This document shows positions 38,566 through 51,112 of a stretch of DNA of 64,000 nucleotides, one piece after another (the stretch's first letter is position 1; the number at the start of each line of letters is the position of its first letter). The translations under genes and the position numbers were made by a program. The DNA is from Mobula hypostoma. Its lineage: Eukaryota. The stretch covers positions 199,828,001 through 199,892,000 of the forward strand of contig NC_086100.1 of the NCBI RefSeq assembly GCF_963921235.1, in the 5' to 3' direction. Under the pieces are notes generated by a model, which was given only the letters and a program-made list of their open reading frames with translations, made no database searches and had not been told where the DNA came from.

Positions 38566-38932
38566 GAGACAGGGCAGGTGACAGAAGTTAGTGTAGGGCG
38601 ACACTTTTGCATCTGGTGATCATAATGCCATTAGTTTCAAAGTAAATATGGAAACAGATAGGTATAGTCTGTGCTTTGAGATTCTAAATTGGAAAAAAGG
38701 CCTATTTTGATGATAGAAATACTCCTCCACACTACCAAGTATACTGACATTTACTCTGTACTCTACGGTGGAGTTTGTCATTCCAAAGTGAACCACCTCA
38801 CACTTCTCCGGGTTGAACTCCATCTGCCACTTCTCAGCCCACTTCTGCATCCTATCAATGTCTCTCTACAATCTTCGACAATTCTCTACACTATCTACAA
38901 CATCACCAACCTTTGTGTTGTCTGCAAACTTT
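38566..38932. mobile_element. Two short CR1 fragments in opposite orientation
   Basis: + GQVTEV..DHNAISF; - KWAEKWQMEFNPEKCEV. Confidence 0.8.
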
Positions 38933-39019
38933 TGATCTTGTATTCCAAGGTCTCTCTCTGTCTCTCAATAGCCTCTCTATGTAGCTTCATTCTGTGTACA
39001 GATGTAACTGTGTGTGCGT

Positions 39020-39275
39020 GTGAGAGGCCTCCGTTGGTGGTGGTCGACCATGGGTACTGCACCTCTGGGAGTCACTGGTTTGTCAAACAGCGTCGACTGT
39101 GGCTATTGAGGCCGATCCTGGAACGGCCGGCTCTGCCACAGTTGTTGCATGTGTAGGGTGTCGTGGAATTGTTGTTTGCTGTCCGCTGTGCTCTCCGTTT
39201 AGTTCTCCACTCCTCAAACTGACTCAGAATCACTCTTTCGCCTTGCTCTAGGTGTTGCTGAAGAGTACCTAGCTT
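39020..39275 (-). mobile_element. RTE-type LINE 3' end (family distinct from copies 1 and 2)
   Basis: YTCNNCGRAGRSRIGLNSHSRRC zinc-finger-like C-terminus and short CA-rich tail. Confidence 0.75.
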
Positions 39276-39769
39276 CAAAGTGTCCAAATAAGTCCACAAG
39301 ACATGGGAGCAGTATGAGGCCAATCAGCCCATCGAGTCAGCCCTGCCATTCCATCATGTCTGATTTATGTTCCCTCTCTAGCCCGTTCTTCTGCCTAATG
39401 TTCTGTAACTGTGCAGATGCCAGAACTGCAGAACAAAACAGGCTGTCTACAGCACCATCTCCTGACTTTATGCCTCGGTCACTGACTCTCGTGCATGGTT
39501 TTCCTTTGAAAATTATGTATGGGCGTTGGCAATGGTGCAGTTCTTTGCTGAACTGGTAACACAATATCTTGAGGGCAACAGGGTGGGCAATCTACTGATG
39601 TCCAAAAGACAATAAACTGTGCAAATACACAATAAAATATAAAATAATAATAATAAATAATTAAGCAACAAATACGGAGAACATGAGATGAAGAGTCCTT
39701 GAAACAGAGTCCATAGTTTGGGAACAGGCCTGTGATGAGACGAGTGAAGTTGAGCGAAATTATCCCCAT

Positions 39770-40095
39770 TGGACGGCCTGGTGAAGGAAGTCATTGAAAT
39801 AAAACTGGAGAGAAATAATTTTAACGAAGACGAAGGCCTCGCTCTGAGTAAGAACTGGAATTCGATTGTAAACAAGGTGGGACAGAGGAAACCTGATTGG
39901 ATGAGGACTAACCAATCAGAAGGGACAGAAGGTGAGTTTATATGTACCACTGGACTAGACATGCTTAGGTATCATCTCTGATGAAGATGGCAGAATTGTC
40001 ATTGAAATGTTGCTTAAAATTGATACCTGTACCCAGCTGGAAGCCGGAGAAGAGTTTATTCATCATGTACGCCTGGAAAGAGCTAGATCCTTTTT
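39770..40095 (+). mobile_element. Penelope-like element 3' end (GIY-YIG C-terminus + pLTR) inserted in an old L2/Rex-like element (39575-40320, minus)
   Basis: LVKEVIEIKLERNNFNEDEGLALSKNW, CCAAT box, hammerhead core; flanks ttatccccattgg / ttatcctcactgg. Confidence 0.75.
39968..40027 (+). ncRNA. Degenerate hammerhead ribozyme in PLE pLTR
   Basis: ggtatca..CTGATGA-a-gatggcag/ttgtcatt stem II-GAAA...tgatacc (stem I ggtatca/tgatacc); stem III is eroded. Confidence 0.6.
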
Positions 40096-40810
40096 CACTT
40101 TATCCTCACTGGTTCAAGAGACTCATTGTTGAGGGATAACTACTGTTCCTGAACCTGGTGGTGTGAGTCCTGAGGCTCCTGTACCTTTTCCCTCATGGAA
40201 GCAGTGAGAAGAGACCATGGTCAGGATGTTGGGGGTCCTTGATGAATGCTGCCTTCCTGAACAGCATTCTGTGTAGATGTCCTCAATGGTGGACTGGGCC
40301 GTATCCACAACATTTTCATGTGTTCGCAATGAAGGGACTGTTTCTCTGTTGTACAGCTTTATGTCTCTATTTGCAGTGCTTTGCTTTTTAACTCGAGAAA
40401 ACTATCTGCTACTTGAGCCGTTCCCCTTCTCACAGTGATTATGAAGAGTGAAACCTGCCATGGTAACCATTGTTCCTGCTCCCTGATTCCTGATCTCTTT
40501 GCCAAAGACATTCCTCTCCCACTGGAAGTACACAATGTTTCCACTATCACACCCAGTTCCGGTTCAACAACTCTGCTGCTATTCTGAGCACGAGTGTATT
40601 TACACTGTTAAAAACACCCGGAAATCAACTGTCTCTCAAAGCATGTTTCTGTGAAACCAGTTCTGGAGCAAAATTGCCCTGGCTTGCAAACCTGTAGGGA
40701 AATTTGCTTTTCTTCATGTTGCTTTGTTTATTATAGAACCAAGGGAACTTTTTATTTACTGAGTTGCAGCAAAACAGAAAAATTGCTTCACCCACCTGGC
40801 CAGAGTTCAA

Positions 40811-41212
40811 TGTGATAGACTCTGTGTGTGGGGTTCACGGTCACTGTGACCGACCCTCTGTGTGGAGTTCACGGTCACTGTGACAGACCCTCTGTGTGGA
40901 GTTCACGGTCACTGTGACAGACCCTCTGTGTGGTGTTCACACTCACTGTGACAGACCCTCTGTGTGGTGTTCACGGTCACTGTGACAGACCCTTTGTGTG
41001 GTGTTCACACTCACTGTGACAGACCCTCTGTGTGGTGTTCACGGTCACTGTGACAGACTCTCTGTGTGGTGTTCACGGTCACTGTGACAGACTCTCTGTG
41101 TGGTGTTCACAGTCACTGTGACAGGCCCTCTGTGTGGTGTTCACAGTCACTGTGACAGACCCTCTGTGTGGAGTTCACACTCACTGTGACAGACCCTCTG
41201 TGTGGAGTTCAC
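40811..41212. repeat. 34-bp minisatellite, about 12 copies
   Basis: Unit ccctctgtgtgg(a/t)gttcac(gg/ac/ag)tcactgtgacaga; period 34 (e.g. 40861 and 40895). Confidence 0.97.
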
Positions 41213-41519
41213 ATTCGGCTGTGAGGCTTTCTGAAGTGTGGCACAAACAGAAGTCCAGGGTGGACAGGTACAGCTGCTGCTAGCCCATCTCTGAATGTGA
41301 CAGTAGATAAACCGCTCTTGTTACTTATTAACCCAGAACGATTCAGTCATCTGGGTGCAGGATGTACTCCAGATCCTATGTTGCATCCCAGTTCCTGAGG
41401 GCCTCCAGGAGCCAGTGGACAGTGTGCTTCCTCTTCAGGGACACTCAGACATGGACATCTCATTGTCAGAGAGTTGGATCAGACACAACCCTTGCCGTTT
41501 GCTGCTGTTGCACGGTGGG

Positions 41520-43912
41520 ACTTAACTATAGTTGCGGGGTTGGGGGGAGGAACCAGAGTGCCAGATCAGTTAGTGGAGAGGTGGAGAGGTGCTCAAGATA
41601 GATGTTGTTAAGACTTCAGACAAAAGTCCGGAACCAAAAGGTTGAGCATGGTGAGACTAATATCCTGAGCTGCGTATATTTCAATATAAGAAGTATCGTA
41701 GGAAAGACAGATGATCAAGGTATGGATCAACACCTGGAATTATGATATTGTAGCCATTGGTGAGACTTGATTGCAGGAGGGGCAGGACTGGCAACTCAGT
41801 ATTCTGGGCTATCTCTACTCCCTTTCTTGAATAAAGAAACAACATCTGCAACCCTCCAATTCTCCGGAACCTCTCCCGTCCCCATTGATGATGCAAAGAT
41901 CATCACAAGAGTCTCAGCAATCTCCTCCCTCGCCTCCCACAGTCGTCTGGGGTACATCTCATTCGGCCTCAGCGACTTATCCAACTTGATGTTTTCCCAA
42001 AGCTCCAGCACATCCTCTTTCTTAATACCTACATGCTCAAGCTTTTAAGTCTGCAAGATCCTTTTCCTTAGTGAATACTGAAGTAAAGTACCCCTGCTAT
42101 TTCCTCTGGTTCTATACACATACGGTTCTACACTGTCACACTTGATAGGTCCTCTTGCTCTTCACATACTTGTAGAATGCCTTGGGGTTTTCCTTAATAC
42201 TGCCCGCCAATGCCTTCTCATGGCCCCTTCTGGCTCTCCTAATTTCCTTTTTAATCTCTTTCCTGTTAGATTAGATTATGAAGACACGCAGTCCTCTTTT
42301 ATTGTCATTTAGCAATGCATGCATTAAGAAATGAAACAATATTTCCTCCAGTGTGATATCACAAAACACAGGACAGACCAAGACTGAAAAAAAAAACTAA
42401 CAAAAACCACATAATTATAACATATAGTTACAACAGGGCAACAATACCATAACTTGATGAAGAATAGTCCATGAGCACAGTAAAAAGTTCAAAGTCTCTC
42501 AAATATCCCACATCTCACACACACGGGAGAGGGAAGAAAAACTCTCCCTGCCATGCCCAACCACAGTTTGACTCTGAGTGTTAGACTTATAACCTTCCAG
42601 ATCACTAACATTACCTAACTCTCTGAACCCTTTGTAAGCGACACACATCAAAGTTGCTGGTGAACGCAGCAGGCCGGGCAGCATCTCTAGGACGAGGTAC
42701 AGTCGACGTTTCAGGCCGAGACTTCGTCAACTTTAATGTGTGTTGCTTGAATTTCCAGCATCTGCAGTATTCCTGTTGAACCCTTTGTAAGCTTTTCTTT
42801 TCTTCTTGACCAGATTTATTACAGCCTCTGTCCACCACGGTTCCTGTACCCTACCATAACCCCCTGTCTCATTGGAACGTACTTATATAGAACTCCACAC
42901 AAATATCCCCTGAACATTTGCCACATTTTTTCCATACCTTTCCCTAATAACATCAGTTCCTAATTTAAGCTTCCAGTTTCCTGACTGATAGCCTCATAAT
43001 TCCCCTTATTCCAATTAAACACTTTTCTAACTTGTCTGTTCCTATCTCTCTCCAATGCTATTGTAAGGGAGATAGAATTGTGATCACTATCTCCAAAATG
43101 CTCTCCCACTGAGAGATCTGACACCTGACCAGGTTCATTTCCCAATACCAGATCAAGTACAGCCTCTCCTCTTGTAGGCTTATCTACATATTGTGTCAAG
43201 AAACCTTCCTGAACACACCTAACAAACTCCACCCCATCTAAACCCCTTGCTCTAGGGAGATGCCAATCGATATTTGGGAAATTAAAATCTCCCACAACAA
43301 CCCTGTAATTATTACACTTTTCCAGGATCTGTTTCCCTATCTGCTCCTTGATATCCCTGTTACTGTTGGGCGGCCTATAAAAAACACCCAGTAAAGTTAT
43401 TGACCCCTTCCTGTTCCTAACCTCCACCCACAGGGACTGCATAGACAATCCCTCCATGGTGTCCACCTTTTCTGCAGCCGTGACACTATCTCTGATCAAC
43501 AGTGCCACACCCCACCTCTTTTGCCTCCCTCCCTGTCCTTTCTGAAACATCTAAAACCTGGCACTTGAAGTAACCATTCCTGTGCCTGAGGCATCCAAGT
43601 CTCTGTAACGGCCATCATAGCTCCACGTACTGATCCACTGTTTTACTGACATAGTTTGTGTTTGTAACAATTTGTATTGTCAACAAACTCATGCATTTTT
43701 ACAGAATGTGGTAGTTCGTCTCCACTTAATGGCAGTAACAGAGATCTTTTCAATTTTTAATTGGCTACATGAGTTATAATTATGATAATTGTGTAGCCTT
43801 TTGATTGGATTCTGAAATCTCAGGTATTTCTGCAATAGAACATAGAACATAGAAATCTACAGCACATTACAGGCCCTTTGACCCACAATTTCGTGTTGAC
43901 AATGTAATCTAC
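41520..43912. mobile_element. CR1 fragments (+41520-41803; -41804-43638 APE/RT N-terminus; -43835-43912 3' tail) with nested inserts at 42266-42605 and 42640-42776
   Basis: ORF 42960-43550 APE motifs GVFYRPPNS, GDFNFP, LDLVLGN, SDHN. Confidence 0.85.
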
Positions 43913-43914
43913 TC

Positions 43915-45506
43915 GAATTCGGAGAAGGAAGTCTGAGAATCGGAGCGGGAGTGCGGCGGAAGCCATTTTGAATTTTTCAGGTTTTTTTTTCCATCGGAGT
44001 TCAGAGAGGCGGGACTGCGCAGGCGTGTGATGTCGGAAAGTGAAGAGCAGAAGATTTGAAAGGAACACAGCCTTATACAGTGGGCAGCATCGTTTGTGGG
44101 CTGTGGAGTGAGCCGGGAGCAGAGTGACGGCTTAAGGGCTTTAGCTCAACAGGCTCTGGCGGAAACGGGCGAGGCGAAGAGAGTTTGGTATTCATTTTTT
44201 GTTGTTATTTGAGGAGAGGGGCAGTATGAGTGTGAGGGCAGTTTGTTATTCTCGGTGCTGGATTTGGGAGGCCCTGGAGTCTCCAAGCCTCCCGGATGTC
44301 CACATCTGCGCCAGGTGTGTCGAGATGCAGCTCCTAAGGGACTGCGTTAGGAAACTGGAGCTGCAGCTTGATGACCTTCGTCTGGTCAGGGAGAGTGAGG
44401 AGTTGATAGAGAGGAGTTATAGGCAGGTGGTCACACCAGGGCCACAGGAGGCAGACAAGTGGGTCACGGTTAGGAAAGGGAAGGGAAAGGGTCAGGTAAT
44501 AGGGAGTACCCCGGTGGCTGTGCCCCTTGACAATAGGTACTCCTTTCTGAGTACTGTTGGGGGGGACAGCTTACCCGGGGGAAGCGACAGTGGCCGTGCC
44601 TCTGGCACAGAGTCCGGCCCTGTAGCTCAGAAGGGTAGGGAAAGGAAGAGGAGGACAGTAGTAATAGGGGACTCGATAGTAAGGGGGTCAGATAGGCGAT
44701 TCTGTGGACGCAGTCCAGAGACCCGGCTGGTAGTTTGCCTCCCTGGTGCCAGGGTCCGGGACGTTTCTGATCGTGTCCAAGATATCCTGAAATGGGAGGG
44801 AGAGGAGCCAGAGGTCGTGGTACATATAGGTACCAATGACATAGGTAGGAAAAGGGAAGACGTCCTGAAAGGAGAATATAGGGAGTTAGGAAGGGAGTTG
44901 AGAAAAAGGACCACAAAGGTAGTAATCTCGGGATTACTGCCTGTGCTACGCGACAGTGAGAGTAGGAATGGAATGAGGTGGAGGATAAATGCGTGGCTGA
45001 GCGATTGGAGCAGGGGGCAGGGATTCAAGTTTTTGGATCATTGGGACCTCTTTTGGCGCAGGTGTGACCTGTACAAAAAGGACGGGTTACACTTGAATCC
45101 TAGGCGGACCAACATCCTGGCGGGGAGACTTGCAAGGGCTACTGAGGTGACTTTCAATTAGAATGGTTGGGGGGTAGGTATCAAACTCAAGAAACTAGGA
45201 GAGAGGAGGTTAGTTCACAAATAGAGAAAGCAAGTAGACTGTGTGAGAAGGAGGATGGGCAGGGGACAGAGATCTGGCGCACTGAGACCGAAGATGTAGG
45301 GGAGAAGGAAGAAAAAGATAATAAAGTTGTTTGCTCCGTTAAGGATAAACAGAGAGTAAGAGATGGAGAATTTCTTAAATGCATCTATTTTAATGCTAGA
45401 AGCATTGTAAGAAAGATGGATGAGCTTAGAGCATGGATTGATACCCGGAAATATGATGTTGTAGCTATTAGTGAAACATGGTTGCAGGAGGGGTGTGATT
45501 GGCAAC
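43915..45506 (+). mobile_element. CR1 5' end (5' UTR, ORF1, start of ORF2), truncated at 3' by an antisense CR1
   Basis: CpG-containing 5' UTR, intact ORF1, then YFNARSI..SETWLQ. Confidence 0.92.
44226..45161 (+). CDS. CR1 ORF1p (Cys-rich zinc-binding region, coiled coil, SGNH esterase), open
   Basis: C..C..CARC, VRKLELQLDDL, GDSIVRG, HIGTND, DGLHLN. Confidence 0.9.
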   Translation: MSVRAVCYSRCWIWEALESPSLPDVHICARCVEMQLLRDCVRKLELQLDDLRLVRESEELIERSYRQVVTPGPQEADKWVTVRKGKGKGQVIGSTPVAVPLDNRYSFLSTVGGDSLPGGSDSGRASGTESGPVAQKGRERKRRTVVIGDSIVRGSDRRFCGRSPETRLVVCLPGARVRDVSDRVQDILKWEGEEPEVVVHIGTNDIGRKREDVLKGEYRELGRELRKRTTKVVISGLLPVLRDSESRNGMRWRINAWLSDWSRGQGFKFLDHWDLFWRRCDLYKKDGLHLNPRRTNILAGRLARATEVTFN

Positions 45507-48500
45507 TTCCTGTAGTGAGGCGACCTGAACTGAGCACAGTACTCTAAGTGGGGTCTGACCAAGGTCTTAAATAGCTGTAATATTACCTCACAGCTCTTGA
45601 ACTCAATCCCACGGTTGATGAAGGCCAACACACTGTATGCCTTCTTAACAACACTGTCAACCTGCACAGCAGCTTTGAGTGTCCTTTGGACATGGACCCC
45701 AAGATCTCGCTGTTCCTCCACACTGCCAAGAGTCTTACAATTACAATTATATTCTATCTTCAAATTTGACCTACCAGAATGACCCACTTCACACTTATCT
45801 GGGTTGAACTCCATCTGACACTTCTCAGACCAGTTCTGCATCCTATCGATGTCCCACTGTAACCTTTGACAACCCTCCAGACTATCCACAACACACCCAA
45901 CATTTGTGTCATTAGCAAACTTACTAAACAACCCTTCTACTTCCTCATACAGGTGATTTATAAAAATCACAAAGAGGAGGGTTCCCAGAACAGATCCCTG
46001 CAGAACACCACTGGTCACCGTCATCAATGCAGAATGTGAACCATCCACAACCGCCCTTTCCCTTCTGTGGTCAAACCAATTTTGGATCCACAAAGCGAGG
46101 TCACTTTGGATCCTTACTTTCACCCATGCATCCTTACTTTCTGAATGAGCCTCGCATGGGGAACCTTTTCAAGTGCTTTACTGAAATCCATACACACTGT
46201 ATCCACTGCTCTACCATCATGTTTTGCTACATCCTCAAAGAATTCAATCAGGTTCTTAAGTCATGACCTGCTCTTGACAAAGCCATGCTGACTATCCCTA
46301 ATCAGATTACGTCTCTCCAAATGCCCATACATTCTGCCTCTCAGGATCTCCTCCAACAACTTACCCACCACTGGTCTCTAATTTCCTGAGTTACCTCTAT
46401 TCTCTTTCTTGAACAAGGGAACGCTATTTGCAACCTTCCAATCCTCTCGTACTTCTCTCGTCCCTATTGATGATGCAAAGATCATCACTAGAGGCACAGA
46501 AATCTCCTCCCTCACCTCCCATAGTAGCCTGGGGTATTTCTCATCTGGTCCTGGTGACTTATCTAACTTAATACCATTCAAATGCTCCTCTTTCTACATT
46601 CAAGTGTTTCAGTCTGCCGTAAGTCATGCCCACAATTGCCAAGGTCCTTTTCACTGGTGAATACTGAAAGCAAAGTGTTCATTAAGTACCACCACTACGT
46701 CCTCCAGCTCCGTGCACACGTTTCCACTCTCACTCCTGATTGGTCCTATTCTCACATGGTTCAGCCTCTTGCTCTTTATATACTTGCAGAATCCTTCGGG
46801 GTTTTTCTTATTTCTGCTTGCCAAGGCCTTTTCATGGCCCCTTCTAGCTCTCCTAATTTCATTCTTGAGCTCCTTCCTGGCACTCTTGTAATGTTCTGGA
46901 GCTCCAAAAGTACCTAGTTTCTTGAACCTTTCATAAGATTTTCTTCTCTTCTGAACTAGATTTTTTACATCCTTTATGCACCATGGTTTTTCCACCCTAC
47001 CATCATTTCCCTGCCTCAATGGAACATACCTATGCAGAATGCTTGAACATTTGCCACATTTCTGCAATGCATTTCCCTGAGAACATCTGCTCCCAATCAA
47101 TGTTCCCGGGTTTCTGCCTAATAGCATCACATTTCCCCTACTCCCATTAAATGTTTTCTCAAATTTTCAGCTCCTATCCATCTCCAACACTATCGTAGCG
47201 GAGAGAGAGTTGTGATCATTACCTCCAAAATGCTCTCGCACTGAGAGATCTGACACCTGACCAGGTTCATTTCCCACTACCAGATCAAATACAGCCTCTT
47301 CTCTACTTGGCTTATCTACAATATTGTGTCAGAAAACCTTCCTGAACACACCTAACAAACTCCAACTCATCTGAACCCCTTGCCTGAAGGAGATGTCAGT
47401 CAAAATTAGGAAAGTTAAAATCACCAATCACAACAATCCTACTATTATTGCACAGTTCCAGAATCTGCGTCTCTATTTGCTCCTTGATGTCTCTGTTACT
47501 ACTGGTTGGTCTATAAAACCTCCCAGTAGATTTATTGCTCCTTTCCTGTTTCTGACATTCACCCACAATGACAGTAGACCATCCCTCCATGGCTTCCTCC
47601 TTTCTACAGCCGTGATATCATCCGTGATTAGCAGTGCCACTCCCCACACCTCTTTTGCCTCCCTCCCTGTCATTTTTGAAACATCTAAAGCCCGGAACAC
47701 TCAGCAGCCATTCCTGCTCCTGAGACATCCAAGTCTCTGTAATGGCCACAACGTCATAGTTCATCTGCCTTGATCATGATACGTCTTGCATTAAAATAGA
47801 CATATCTCAAATTATCTGGCTGAGTGCTTCTTTGCTCTATCATCTGTCTATCTTTCTTCATAAACTATCTGCAAGCTATCACTACTTGTGCGCCAACTGC
47901 CCCATCTGCCTCTTCACTCTCGTTCACACCTTCCTGCATATCTAGTTTAAACCATCCCCAAAAGCATTAGCAAACCTCCCTCCCAGAGTATTGATCTCCT
48001 TCAAGTGCAACCCATTCCACTTGTACAGCATACAACTTCCCCAGAAAATGTTCCAGTGATCCATGAACTTGGTGCTCCCTGCACAATCTCCTCAACCACT
48101 CATTCAGCTGCTCTATCTTCCTGTTCTAACCTTCACTAGCTGGTGGCACCGGGAGTAATCCAGAGAGGACCATCTTGGAGATCCTGCTCTTCAGCCTCCT
48201 CCCCAACTCCCTCAACTTACTTAACTTACCCCTCTCCTGCCTATGCCATTGGTACTGTGGCAACTTCTACTTTGAGAAAGGAACACTCGACAACTTCAGG
48301 TCCAAAAGAACATCTTTATCTCGAACAGCAAAACCGATATTGATGTCCAGAGGCTTTCACAACCCGTACGACATGGCAGCGACACTAAAAACAAAAGCAC
48401 ACCGGAAGCAAAAAGAGCAGAAGGAAAAACCCCTCAAACCCCCGGAACCAGCCTCTCTTTTAAAAAACAACTTCCCGATTAGTATCATCTTTCTTACTTT

Positions 48501-49050
48501 TAATAATGCTCACGTTACAACAGATACCAATATGTACCACGACCTCCGGCTGCACACCCTCCCCTTCAAGAATATCTTGCAACTGCTCAGAGACATGCTG
48601 GTCTGTAGCACATAGGAGGCAACACACTATCCTGGTGTCTCTTTTGCTGCCACAGAATCTCCAATCTGTCCCCCTAACTATGGAGTCCCCTATGACTATT
48701 GCTCTGCCTGACTTCACCCATTCTTCTGAGGCTCAGAGCCAGCCACAGTGCTGCTGCTGCCTCGCCCAGACAGGTCACCCCCCCCCTCAACAGAATCCAA
48801 AGGGGTAAACCAGTTGCTGAGGGGAACGGCCACAGGGGGACACTGCACTGATTTCTTTCTCCCTTTACCTCTCTCAGTGGTCACCCATCTACTCCCCAAA
48901 TTCTGCACTCTTGGTGTAGCCACCTGCTCAAAAGTCGCATCTATCAAATACTCTGCCTCTCAGATGATCCTAAGTTTATCCAACTCCAGGTCCAGCTTCT
49001 TAATGCATCTTTCAGGAGCTGGAGTCTTGTGCACTTCCCACAGGTGTAGT
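45507..49050 (-). mobile_element. Old near full-length CR1 with an unrelated insert of about 270 bp at about 48256-48522
   Basis: RT (45507-46123), DKSPGPD, APE and ORF1 GDSIVRG fragments in the expected order. Confidence 0.88.
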
Positions 49051-49214
49051 CATCAGGAAAACTATCTGTTGCAATGAGCGACTGAGGCGAACCCAAGTGC
49101 AGGACACAGGCACGGAGATTAAGGTAGGATGCTTACACAGGTGCAAACGCCAAACAGCAAACAGGAGGGATCTTGACACGGAGCCCTGATATGGAGCCTT
49201 GACACAGAGCCTTG

Positions 49215-49712
49215 ACAAAGGATGTGCTAAAACTGGAGAGGCTTCAAAGGAGGTACAAATAAATAACTCCAGGATTGCTGGTTTGCCATATGAAGAGAGT
49301 TTGACAGCTCTGATCCTATATTCACTAGAATTCAGAAGAATGAGGGGTGACCTTATTGAAACCTATTGAATAATGAAAGGCCTTGATAGGATGGAAGTGC
49401 AGAAGATGTTTCTTATGGTGGGAGAGTCTAAGACCAGAGGACACAGCCCCTGAATAGAGGGGTGTCCTTTCAGAATGGAGATGAGGAGGAATTTCTTGAG
49501 CCAGAGAATGGTGAATCTGTGGGGACCAAGTCTTTCTATATATTTAATGCAGAGGTTGAGAGATTCTTGACTGGTCAGGTCATGAAGGGGTACAGGGAGA
49601 AGGCAGGAGATTGGGGCCAAGAGGAAAATTGGATCAGCCATGATGAAATGGCAGAATAGATGTGATGGGCCAAATGGTCTAATTCTGCTCCTATATGTTA
49701 TGATCTTATGGT
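49215..49712 (+). mobile_element. Old CR1 3' end
   Basis: LYSLEFRRMRGDLIETY, RGHS..; CR1 3' UTR. Confidence 0.85.
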
Positions 49713-50274
49713 CTCTATTTCCTGAGGAGACTGAGGTCCTTTAACATCTGTCGGACGATGCTGAGGATGTTCTACGAGTCTGTGGTGGCCAGTGCTATCA
49801 TGTTTGCTGTTGTGTGCTGGGGCAGCAGGCTGAGGGTAGCAGACACCAACAGAATCAACAAACTCATTCGTAAGGCCAGTGATGTTGTGGGGATGGAACT
49901 GGACTCTCTGACGGTGGTGTCTGAAAAGAGGACACTGTCCAAGTTGCATGCCATCTTGGACAATGTCTCCCATCCACTACATAATGGACTGGTTGGGCAC
50001 AGGAGTACATTCAGCTATAGACTCATTCCACCGAGATGCAACACAGAGCGTCATAGGAAGTCATTCCTGCCTGTGGCCATCAAACTTTACAACTCCTTCC
50101 TTGGAGGGTCAGATACCCTGAGCCAATAGGCTGGTCCTGGACTTATTTCCTGGCATAATTTACATATTACTATTTAATTATTTATGGTTTTATTACTATT
50201 GAATTATTTATGGTGCAATTGTAACAAAGATCAATTTTCCTCGGGATCAATAAAGTATGACTATGACTATGACT
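49713..50274 (+). mobile_element. Rex/L2-type LINE 3' end with (TATGAC)n tail
   Basis: FYESVVASAIMFAVVCWG..RKSFLPVAIKLYN; nearly identical to 53208-53947. Confidence 0.88.
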
Positions 50275-50289
50275 AAGAGTTGGACTGGT

Positions 50290-51020
50290 CCCAGCAGTCA
50301 ACCAACTTATGCTTCCCTGTTAGCCCCAACTTTCTTATCGAAACTCTCTCTAGCCATCAGTTAAGAGAACTTAATTTTTTGATCAGATCTCCTCTTGTTC
50401 CTTGGTTTTTCTATGTAGCAGAACCGCTGCTAGCTTATTAGCTTTTTGCCGTTCTTTCCTCATGTCAAGCACATACTTGTGATATGTCTTCTGCAGCAAG
50501 TCGTCACCGCTGGATCCAAAACAGAGATCTGCAGGTAATCTCGCTTCACGGCTGAACATCAAGTAGGGTGACGAATATCCAAAACACAACAAAAATCTGC
50601 AGATGCTGGGGCCAAAACAACCTACGGCGAGTATCCAGTAGCTTCATTCTGTGTAAAGTTGTAACAGTGTACGAAATGCCCAATATGCGGACTCCATGTG
50701 TTGTTTTTGTTGGCATCCAAGGTTCCAAGCACGTCCAGCAATGTCTGGTTGAACCCCTCAGGCTGGGATCACCCTGAGGGTGATAGGGTGTGGGCCTTGA
50801 CTTTTCAACTCCAAGCACGCCCAGTGATTCATGTATGAAGCAATTTTCAAAATCCCTTCCTTTTTGTTTTGGAAGGCCATAATAAACAAGATACTTTTCA
50901 TATGATACTTGAACAACTGTGGGTGCTGTCTGATCCTTTGTGGGGAAGGCTTGACCATATCTGGTGTTGTGATCAGTGATGACCAAGACGTTTGCAGCAT
51001 TGCTGGAATCAGGTTGAGAT
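50290..51020 (-). mobile_element. Gypsy-type LTR retrotransposon integrase fragment
   Basis: LVITDH.TRY.QAFPTKDQTA..YGLP..GRDFE..KSR.TPYHPQGDP; small PLE insert near 50581-50620. Confidence 0.85.
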
Positions 51021-51112
51021 TCTCAATTGGAGAAAGGACAATTTTAATTGCATCACAAATAATCTGGCAGGTGTGAATTGGGATAAACTGTTCTTGGGTA
51101 AAGGAATGCTTG

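Noticed and set aside
40811..41212. CRISPR array (regular palindromic repeats of about 34 bp)
   Set aside because: The units are contiguous with no unique spacers, there are no cas genes, and the context is eukaryotic.
41221..41520. Next ADAM exon in unique sequence after the minisatellite
   Set aside because: An acceptor-like site exists near 41336 but there is no donor at the expected distance and no ADAM-like peptide.
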